From Bacteroidota bacterium (GTDB taxonomy: Bacteria > Bacteroidota > Bacteroidia > UKL13-3), in the NCBI GenBank assembly GCA_040385895.1, contig JAZKGM010000184.1, positions 1-41,347 of the forward strand: a stretch of 41,347 nt of DNA, written 5' to 3'. The notes beneath the pieces were generated by a model, which made no database searches, had not been told where the DNA came from, and saw only the letters and a list, made by a program, of their open reading frames with translations. Within the stretch, counting starts at the first letter, position 1. The number at the start of each line of letters is the position of its first letter. The position numbers were made by a program, and so were the translations under genes. Positions 18,201 to 24,849 of this stretch are shown piece after piece.

Positions 18201-18932
18201 GAAGGAAGTTTGGGCTACCCGGTAGCAGATCATGCAAACACTTACGAGAGGCTGGTACACTGGTCGCAAACCGCACGGTCAATTTCTGCGACACCTTTCG
18301 AGCTGGAAAAGTTTACACAATGGCTGGCAACAAGCGAAACGAACAACGATGTGAAATTATTGGTGCAGGCCTATGTAAATATTCTTGCCGGTAAACATGC
18401 CGATGCAAGCACTGCACTTTTGCAGGTGAATAAGCCGGAGTGGAAGACCACGGTAGAAAGGATGCAGCTTCTGAATACGGTATCGGTAAAAGGATTCGTA
18501 GCTGACGAAACCACCCGGGCAAGGGCATCATTACTGGTGCAGGACAACGACTTTTTTGCTGCTGCATTGGGCATGGTGTTCGAACCATGGCATGATGAGT
18601 TTCACTATACGTTTGCTTCCGACAGGCCATATGAACGGCAAAAAGGGGACTATTCAAGGATCGACCATCCTGTGGTAACCTTTTCGGTATACCCTAACCC
18701 GGTAAAAGACGGCAGTTTTAAAGTAAATATTTCTACTCCAAACAACAGCGAAAGCACTTTATACATAAGGGACCTGTTGGGCAGGACCTTATTTTCAAAG
18801 GAAGTACCGTTCTCGGCAGGGACACTCGAAGTGTCTGTTAATGATCTTCCATTGGGCATTTACATTGCATCGGTAGAAAGCACGGATAATGTGCTGAAGA
18901 CCGAAAAGATTGTTATTTCGGGTCACAAGTAA
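15210..18932 (+). CDS. Large secreted protein: N-terminal beta-rich region, central right-handed parallel beta-helix repeats, T9SS C-terminal sorting domain
   Basis: Signal peptide MKSKFTLMLFYAISLLLVSMEAKSQ. There are at least 10 periodic I/V-x-x-N-x-F/I beta-helix turns (ITNNQFSNC, VTGNKFF, ISQNEF, ISSNAF, VENNKM, IANNQISN, IHDNEIKG, IYSNHITGC, IKCNVIDM, IRGNCILN, IRNNYLYN). The C-terminus VYPNPVKDGSFKVNIS...LPLGIYIASVES...KIVIS is a Por_Secre_tail type CTD. Start at ATG 15210 rather than GTG 15180. Confidence 0.88.
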   Translation: MKSKFTLMLFYAISLLLVSMEAKSQIARKVYGGPANETNAHVQPSLGGFHYIISKTGTGTPQTIHISRYDAAGNMIWRKNYTGVLGNTDEVVSTLEDRSGALVLLVNDVTPPPPPPGLSILQYFKIVKINAAGGLISFWSYAPGLIAIPLQHTRGVKIMQSFTDDNYYVIGNRIPAGANQLDVGVIFRIDNLVGSVLHQNQFQYNFNGTKRDIGFYDLAQINATNWVISGAYLPLPANTRYNNLALVYNFSGTGSIVAVKQIEFDQNNHEAFDRVVVDQNRGRIYFGYHLHTTNIQHNIGVVCTDYLLNVTWRTRITPVTGEAERMSSMIYDAVSDQILTSGFSVSTDHGFITSFSPTGIRNWTKIPSGLALNAAQAPFRIALSANNTILYSSDIQNGGNRDLTWGSTGISGEPGACFNPKAYNAAVLPFVQSQDPIDLSDPMFYRDNTECAVADMPMPEQGVCANCVLPGDVIKYGYAVLLGSNFWGTQTQGAKYYIDGVLTVPSGATLDITNVDVIFGKNGAIVFQDGAILRANNSVFRPCDPDLTWKGISFQGNAKGVVNNCIFKNAAFALDIANGRNQLKITNNQFSNCLVSIRITNTHTEHASVTGNKFFADYSDLDFGMVNPVYLFSNTYTGVLLRANTESIVISQNEFLLTRSAGNVHMLYGIYATQSNTDISSNAFTSCYRAVDLLQPLGFSVENNKMEVTRKKHDQDYQVKVTSSGALLATIANNQISNFNMANEFISTQAAIYADFSSYLKIHDNEIKGFETGLKINQLTGAKIYSNHITGCHMYGIHAENCMSTTIKCNVIDMNYTKDNTRNCAGIRYYQTLPHHNNLDIRGNCILNTYDAIVLFSSMSWVTIPVIRNNYLYNYIYNGIYNDNFTGSIGTAAAAPGAGKNVFISNNYNPFSGAIDIYSTVLLYENGNYNIMSTGGMVGSMGGSNHSSASCGHFFAGNNNNAQRIEQEDKCDSDASSSGTLIPRSATPPYAGLFVKPEGSLGYPVADHANTYERLVHWSQTARSISATPFELEKFTQWLATSETNNDVKLLVQAYVNILAGKHADASTALLQVNKPEWKTTVERMQLLNTVSVKGFVADETTRARASLLVQDNDFFAAALGMVFEPWHDEFHYTFASDRPYERQKGDYSRIDHPVVTFSVYPNPVKDGSFKVNISTPNNSESTLYIRDLLGRTLFSKEVPFSAGTLEVSVNDLPLGIYIASVESTDNVLKTEKIVISGHK

Positions 18933-18950
18933 AAAATAACCCACGATATA

Positions 18951-18986
18951 GGAAAAGCCGTTAGCAATAACGGCTTTTCCTATTTA
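18951..18986 (+). terminator. Strong rho-independent terminator
   Basis: Perfect 12-bp stem ggaaaagccgtt / aacggcttttcc with a 6-nt loop, followed by tattta. Confidence 0.8.
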
Positions 18987-19302
18987 ATACATAGTCGTGT
19001 TAATTGATGCGATCAGGAAGTACTTTCATCGAAATTCCCCCCCGGCAAAAGTTATAGTGGTCCTGAATATTTTATCAGGAAGAAAAATGACTAAAATTTT
19101 TTTAACGTGCATACACCCGGTAATTGCTTAATGTGTGCAATAACATTCCCACAGTCAAATCAATCTCTACAGTCTCTTGTTTTTTGGTCGGAGTCAACAA
19201 TCATACCAACTATTGAATATTAAAAGGTGCTAAGCACCGGGGAAACCAATTGCACTATATATACGTAGTTAGTCTGTATCACTTTACAAAAAACAATTAA
19301 TT

Positions 19303-21054
19303 ATGAAAAAAATTCAACTCCGGTTTGCCAGGTTAACAATGGCAATGTGTGCAGGATTTCTGCTTCTGGGCAGTTCTGCATTCGCTTCCAGTCATAGGGA
19401 AGCACCATTAATCTCAAACGATCCGCTGGCGGATAACACCGATCTTTATGCTTTCAGAAGCCCTGATAACACGAATACGGTTACCATCGTGGCCAATTAC
19501 ATTCCTTTTCAATTACCGGAAGGCGGTCCGAACTGGACCTCTTTTGGCGAGAACATCCGTTATGAAGTATACGTAGATAATGATGCGACCAAACCGGGCG
19601 CTGAAATTGTTTACCGCTTCACCTTCACTAAAATGAACATGGACCCGTCTACGTTCTTTAACATCCGTTTAGGCAAAGAAAACCTTAAAACAACCTATAA
19701 ACTGGAACGCAGTATCAATGGCGGGCTTACTTTTGCAACCATTATCGCTGCAGGTGTAGTGCCTCCGCCAAATATCGGTGCACGCTCAATCGAAGGTGCT
19801 GCCGGTTTAAACACCAATTATTCAACCCTGGTTAATAATGCGATCACCACTGCCGGAACAGGCGAAAAAGTATTCTGCGGCCCTGCCGATGATCCTTTCT
19901 TTGTTGACCTTGCAGGCGCATTCGATCTTGGAAACTTCCGCCCTTCAGACAATACAACGAATGCCCCTAAAGATGGGGTTGCCCGTTTTAATGTGCATTC
20001 TATTGTGATCCAGATCCCTATTGCCACTTTACAAAAAGCAGGCAAAGATGTGAGCATGGCTGCCAATATTTTAGATCCTGATTTTGTGATCGGTGTATGG
20101 GCTGCTGCTAGCCGTCCTCAAATGAGAACACTGGATGCCAATGGTGCCGCTTCGAACTATTCAGGCAACTGGGTTCAGGTATCACGTTTGGGCATGCCTT
20201 TAACAAATGAAGCCATTATTCCGATCGGTTCAAAAGACAAATGGAATGCAACAACCCCTGCTGGCGATCTTCAGTTCGCTAAATACTTCACCAATCCTGA
20301 ATTGGCCTTATACATGGATGATTCAAAATTTGGCGGAGCAGTTCCTGCGCTAAATTCATTACGCATCCAGAGCAATTCACTGGGATCGTTTGATTTCAGG
20401 AACGGACAACCCGGCTTGTTCTCTTTAAAAGGAACAGCTGCTTTAGATGGTACAGCCCTGGCTGAATCTGCATTTGGCGGTATCTTATTACCGGATGCCA
20501 CAAGCCCGCGTGCAGTCGATCTGCTTCCGATATTTTATACGGGTGTTCCTAACATGCGTCCTTACCAGTTGGCCACAGGCAAAAACGGTGACCCATTAGC
20601 GGCCGGTAAACCTTTCATTCATAATTTCCTTCCTTCTTTAGGAGATATGTTACGCCTGAACATGGCTGTACCGGTTACCCCGAGGAACGATCCTAAATTC
20701 AGTTCCCTTGGAATTGTTTCTGCTGCCGTATTGGGATTAACAGATACCATGTACAACAAATCAACAGCGCTGCAAATGATCCCCAACATGGATGGTTTCC
20801 CGAACGGAAGACGCCTGGAGGATGACGTAACCACGATTGAGTTACAAGCGGTGAGCGGTGTTGCTTTGGCTGCGATCGGTTTATGGTATAATGATTATTC
20901 TGGTGGAACAGCAAGCCCTGTTACAGACAGGCTAGTTAAAGTGTTAAGCTTTACTGCAGGTCCTACTAAGAACGACATCAATTTTAAAGCAGTATTTCCT
21001 TACGTGCAGGAGCCATGGAGAGGTTCTGACTATTCATTACAAGACAGATTCTAA
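19303..21054 (+). CDS. DUF4331 domain protein, paralog 1 (signal peptide, no T9SS CTD)
   Basis: Signal peptide ending SAFA|SSHREAPLISNDPLADNTDLYAFRSPDN, the hallmark N-terminal motif of DUF4331. Also VFCGPADDPFFVDL, VSRLGMPLTNEA and MDGFPNGRRLEDDV. Confidence 0.9.
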   Translation: MKKIQLRFARLTMAMCAGFLLLGSSAFASSHREAPLISNDPLADNTDLYAFRSPDNTNTVTIVANYIPFQLPEGGPNWTSFGENIRYEVYVDNDATKPGAEIVYRFTFTKMNMDPSTFFNIRLGKENLKTTYKLERSINGGLTFATIIAAGVVPPPNIGARSIEGAAGLNTNYSTLVNNAITTAGTGEKVFCGPADDPFFVDLAGAFDLGNFRPSDNTTNAPKDGVARFNVHSIVIQIPIATLQKAGKDVSMAANILDPDFVIGVWAAASRPQMRTLDANGAASNYSGNWVQVSRLGMPLTNEAIIPIGSKDKWNATTPAGDLQFAKYFTNPELALYMDDSKFGGAVPALNSLRIQSNSLGSFDFRNGQPGLFSLKGTAALDGTALAESAFGGILLPDATSPRAVDLLPIFYTGVPNMRPYQLATGKNGDPLAAGKPFIHNFLPSLGDMLRLNMAVPVTPRNDPKFSSLGIVSAAVLGLTDTMYNKSTALQMIPNMDGFPNGRRLEDDVTTIELQAVSGVALAAIGLWYNDYSGGTASPVTDRLVKVLSFTAGPTKNDINFKAVFPYVQEPWRGSDYSLQDRF

Positions 21055-21090
21055 GATAAGGAAAGTTTAAATCACATAATTTTTAACGAA

Positions 21091-23133
21091 ATGAAAAAAT
21101 TGAATATACTAAGAACGATCATTGCTTCTGCGCTATTGGCAGCAACAGGCAATGTAATGGCATCAAGCCACAGGGAGGCACCCCTGATCTCAAACGATCC
21201 ACTGGCAGATAATACGGATCTGTATGCGTTCCGTAGTCCTGATAATCCGAATACGATTACCATTATCGCTAACTACATTCCTTTCGAATTGCCGCAAGGC
21301 GGGCCTAACTGGTCAACATTCGGAGAGAACATCCGTTACGAGATCAACATCGATAACGATGCATCAAAACCGGGCGCGGAAATTATTTACCGTTTCACTT
21401 TCAGCCGTATTAATGAAGATACAACCACTTTCTTTAACATCCGCCTGGGCAAACAGAATTTAAAAACAACCTACAAGCTGGAGCGCAGCACAAACGGAGG
21501 TATTTCTTTTACAACCATCGTTGCCAAAGGAACAGTTCCGCCAAATAACATTGGCCCGCGTTCTATTGAAGGAGCTGCCGGAATGGGCGCTGCCAACTAC
21601 AAAGCGTTGATGAATGCTTCGATCACTACAGCCACTTCAGGTGAGAAAGTTTTTTGCGGTCCTGCAGACGATCCTTTCTTTGTTGACCTGGGTGGTGCTT
21701 TCGACTTAGGTGGTTTCAGGAAAACCGGTGCAAGAGATGGTGTAGCTAAATTTAACTGCCATACCATTGCGATCCAGGCACCTATCGAAAACCTTCAGAA
21801 AACAGGCTTAACACTGGCCAGTGCTACCAGCATCCTTGATCCTAATTTTGTGATCGGTGTTTGGGCTACAGCAAGCCGTCCACAGATAGAAACCTTAAGC
21901 GATATGGGAGCTACTCCCGGTGTTTCAGGCAACTGGGTTCAGGTATCACGCTTAGGCATGCCTTTAACCAACGAAGCTGTTATCCCGCTTGGCGATAAAG
22001 ACAAATGGAATGCTACTTCACCGGTGAACGACCTTCCGTTTGCTAAATATTTCAGCAACCCTGAGCTGGCTTTATACATGGACGACTCCCAGTTTGGCGG
22101 AGCTGTACCAGGCCTTGCAGACCTGAGGATCCAAACCAACTCGTTGGGTAAATATGATTTCCGTAACGGAAAAGCAGGTTTATGGAGCTTGAAAGGAACT
22201 GCTGCAGTTGCAGGAACAGCATTGGATGATGCCGCTTTTGGTACCATTTTATTGCCTGATTCCATAAGCCCGCGTGCAGTGGATCTGCTTCCCCTGTTCT
22301 ATACAGGTGTGCCAAATCTTGCGCCTTACCAGTTAGCTGTTAATAAAGGTGAAAATCCTTTGGCGGCCGGTAAGCCTTTCATTAATAATTTCCTTCCTTC
22401 ATTGGGTGATATGTTACGCCTGAATATGGCTGTACCTGCAACACCAAGGAACTCTCCTGATTTCAGCCCGCTTGGAATTATCGGGGCGGCAGCTTTAGGT
22501 TTAACAGATGCACGTTTTAACGGAGACATCAGCCTTGATACGATCCCTAACATGGATGGTTTCCCGAACGGAAGACGCCTTGAGGATGACGTAACTACTA
22601 TTGAATTGCAGGCAGTAAGCGGTATCGCGCTGTTCGCTATCGGTTTGTATTACGATGATTATTTCAGCATACTTGGAGTAGGAAATCCGTTAACACAGGA
22701 CTTCAGCGATGTGTATGGTTTCAGGGCTGGTCCTACCCAGAATGATACTGCTTTCCAGGCAAATTTCCCTTACGTTCAACAACCGTGGGCAGGTTTCAGG
22801 GGTGCATCTTATGCAGCTCCGGTATTGCCTCCGGTAACTGGTTTGAAAAATCTTGGCATCGGTTCAAGAGATCAGCTGGTTGCAAACAACTATCCTAATC
22901 CGTTCAGCGGAACCACAACGATTAAATATAATGTAACCACTGATTCGAAAGTAACGGTTGTTGTATTTGATATTAAAGGACAAAAAGTAGCTACGCTTGT
23001 TAACAATGAATTGAACAAAGCAGGTGTGCATACTGTTGACTTTAATGCAGCGGGCCTGCAGGCAGGAACGTACTTTGCACAGATCACTACCAAAGACAGC
23101 CAGGGAACTGTTAAACTTCTCATCTCAAAATAA
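21091..23133 (+). CDS. DUF4331 domain protein, paralog 2, with a T9SS C-terminal sorting domain
   Basis: Colinear with paralog 1 and highly similar to it throughout. It carries an extra ~90-aa tail NYPNPFSGTTTIKYNV...VVVFDIKGQKVATLV...AGTYFAQITT...VKLLISK, which is a T9SS CTD. Confidence 0.9.
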   Translation: MKKLNILRTIIASALLAATGNVMASSHREAPLISNDPLADNTDLYAFRSPDNPNTITIIANYIPFELPQGGPNWSTFGENIRYEINIDNDASKPGAEIIYRFTFSRINEDTTTFFNIRLGKQNLKTTYKLERSTNGGISFTTIVAKGTVPPNNIGPRSIEGAAGMGAANYKALMNASITTATSGEKVFCGPADDPFFVDLGGAFDLGGFRKTGARDGVAKFNCHTIAIQAPIENLQKTGLTLASATSILDPNFVIGVWATASRPQIETLSDMGATPGVSGNWVQVSRLGMPLTNEAVIPLGDKDKWNATSPVNDLPFAKYFSNPELALYMDDSQFGGAVPGLADLRIQTNSLGKYDFRNGKAGLWSLKGTAAVAGTALDDAAFGTILLPDSISPRAVDLLPLFYTGVPNLAPYQLAVNKGENPLAAGKPFINNFLPSLGDMLRLNMAVPATPRNSPDFSPLGIIGAAALGLTDARFNGDISLDTIPNMDGFPNGRRLEDDVTTIELQAVSGIALFAIGLYYDDYFSILGVGNPLTQDFSDVYGFRAGPTQNDTAFQANFPYVQQPWAGFRGASYAAPVLPPVTGLKNLGIGSRDQLVANNYPNPFSGTTTIKYNVTTDSKVTVVVFDIKGQKVATLVNNELNKAGVHTVDFNAAGLQAGTYFAQITTKDSQGTVKLLISK

Positions 23134-23149
23134 TACACAATAAAATAAA

Positions 23150-23183
23150 ATGCGGGCTGATGATCAATCAGCCCGCATTTATT
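23150..23183 (+). terminator. Hairpin terminator/attenuator between DUF4331-2 and the TPR gene
   Basis: Perfect 12-bp stem atgcgggctgat / atcagcccgcat with loop gatca and a weak T tail (ttatt). It ends only ~20 nt before ATG 23203. Confidence 0.6.
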
Positions 23184-23202
23184 AAAAAGCCAAACCTGAA
23201 CA

Positions 23203-24507
23203 ATGAAATTTTTATCAAAACTTATTTTTGCAGTATGCCTGTTAACTTGTATTACTGCCTGCGATAACAACGCACAAACAAAAAAAGATACCGGTTCGTT
23301 CATGCCATTGAAGGCACGGAACGGGGAGCTGGCAAAATCGGAAGAGTGGCCCGTTGTGCAGCAAAAAGCACAGGGATTAAATGAAAAGATCGCAAAAGAT
23401 CCTTCCGACCTTAAATCGAAATTATTATTAGCACAATTATATATGCAGGAAGCCCGCATCACAGGCGAGCATCCTTATTACTATCCTGCAACACTTACTA
23501 TTTTAGATGATGTACTAAGCCGCGATGCCAACAATTTTGAGGCATTGGCGTATAAAGCATCTGTTGAGCTTTCATTGCATCATTTTGCCGATGCGCTTGC
23601 AACAGGCTCCAAAGCAAAAAAGATCAATGCCTCCAATGGATTTATTTTTGGCGTGCTGTGTGATGCCAATGTAGAGTTAGGGAACTATGACGAAGCCGTT
23701 AAAATGTCGGAGCAGATGCAGGCATTGCGCCCGGGATTGGAATCATATTCGCGGGCATCTTATTTAAGGGAAATTTACGGGAACAATGCAGCAGCCATTG
23801 AAGCGATGAAAATGGCATACAACGCAGGCCTGCCGGGATCGGAAGAAGCTTCATGGGCAGGCAATACCCTTGCCGGGCTTTACGAAAGCACAGGCGACCT
23901 GAAGAATGCAGAGAACACCTATACACAGATATTGACACAACGGCCTTCGTATGCATTTGCTATGGCAGGCCTGGCGCGTGTTGAAAAAGCAAAAGGAAAC
24001 TATGACAAGGCGCTTGCCATGCTTGATAAAGCCATCGCCATGATGCCCGAGTTCTCTTTTTATGAAGACAAGGCTGATGTATATGCTGCACAGGGACAAC
24101 CTGAAAAAGCAAAACAGATGTATACCGAAGTGATCGGAATGCTGAATGAGGATGCTGCAAGCGGCCATTATGCCGATATGGAGCTGGCCAAGGCATACCT
24201 TCATACAGGCAATATGGATAAGGCATTGGAGCATGCTACAATAGAATATAAAAGAAGACCTGAGAACATTGATGCAAACAGCACCATGGGCTGGGTACTT
24301 TACCAGAAAGGAGAATATGCCAAAGCAAAAGAACACATGCAGAAAGCCGTTCGCATGAATACGCAAAATGCAGAATTATTATGCAAAGCAGGCATTATAG
24401 AAGCAGCTGCCGGTAACAAAGCAAAAGGCACTGAATGGGTGAAAAAAGCAATGAAAATCAACCCCAACATGCCCGAAGACCTTAAAGCCAAAGCAAAAAC
24501 GGTTTAA
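23203..24507 (+). CDS. Tetratricopeptide-repeat (TPR) lipoprotein
   Basis: Lipobox LLTCITAC|DNN. Repeated 34-aa A/Y/L-rich TPR units run throughout (e.g. NFEALAYKASVEL, GNYDEAVKMSEQMQALRP, GNYDKALAMLDKAIAMMP, GEYAKAKEHMQKAVRMN). Confidence 0.85.
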   Translation: MKFLSKLIFAVCLLTCITACDNNAQTKKDTGSFMPLKARNGELAKSEEWPVVQQKAQGLNEKIAKDPSDLKSKLLLAQLYMQEARITGEHPYYYPATLTILDDVLSRDANNFEALAYKASVELSLHHFADALATGSKAKKINASNGFIFGVLCDANVELGNYDEAVKMSEQMQALRPGLESYSRASYLREIYGNNAAAIEAMKMAYNAGLPGSEEASWAGNTLAGLYESTGDLKNAENTYTQILTQRPSYAFAMAGLARVEKAKGNYDKALAMLDKAIAMMPEFSFYEDKADVYAAQGQPEKAKQMYTEVIGMLNEDAASGHYADMELAKAYLHTGNMDKALEHATIEYKRRPENIDANSTMGWVLYQKGEYAKAKEHMQKAVRMNTQNAELLCKAGIIEAAAGNKAKGTEWVKKAMKINPNMPEDLKAKAKTV

Positions 24508-24540
24508 TACATCATTATTTATAAAACCCTGTTACATCAC

Positions 24541-24750
24541 ATGAAAAAAATTATTTTAAACGCATCACTTGTATCTGCAATTGCTCTCGGGTTAACCGCA
24601 TGCAGCAGTTCACCTGAAAAAGCGGATACCAACGAACAAAAGATAGAAGCAGAACATAGTGAAGAGCATGAGCATGCTCATGTTCACGGAGATTCAACAC
24701 ACACGCACGATCACATGCACGAAGGTGATACTTCCATGCACGATCATTAA
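24541..24750 (+). CDS. Small His/Met/acidic-rich lipoprotein (putative metal-binding)
   Basis: Lipobox ALGLTAC|SSS gives a mature peptide of ~49 aa. The last 34 residues contain 11 His (EAEHSEEHEHAHVHGDSTHTHDHMHEGDTSMHDH). Confidence 0.7.
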   Translation: MKKIILNASLVSAIALGLTACSSSPEKADTNEQKIEAEHSEEHEHAHVHGDSTHTHDHMHEGDTSMHDH

Positions 24751-24759
24751 TTGTTTCCG

Positions 24760-24797
24760 GCAGAAGGCTCAATAAAATATTGGGTCTTCTGCTTTTG
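24760..24797 (+). terminator. Hairpin terminator/attenuator between the His-rich gene and the TonB-dependent receptor
   Basis: Stem gcagaag / cttctgc, extendable through an AT-rich inner stem, followed by ttttg. Confidence 0.5.
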
Positions 24798-24849
24798 TAA
24801 AAACCACTTACTGAACGATAACGTATCTGTAAAACAACCTGTACATACG

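Noticed and set aside
18987-19302. Search for a Fur/Zur-type operator or riboswitch upstream of DUF4331-1
   Set aside because: Only small hairpins (tcctga...tcagga at 19061-19080, ggtgc-taa-gcacc near 19226) and a weak attgc-N9-gcaat dyad are visible. Nothing resembles a 19-bp Fur/Zur box or a known riboswitch core, so no regulatory feature was called.
23851-24366. 171-aa and 88-aa minus-strand ORFs antisense to the TPR lipoprotein gene
   Set aside because: They are embedded in a gene with clear TPR periodicity and a lipoprotein signal. The antisense products are Cys/His-rich nonsense.
24551-24772. 73-aa minus-strand ORF overlapping the His-rich lipoprotein gene
   Set aside because: The plus-strand reading has a proper lipoprotein signal and sits in operon context. 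The minus-strand reading has no start context or motif, and its composition is the mirror image of the His-codon repeats.
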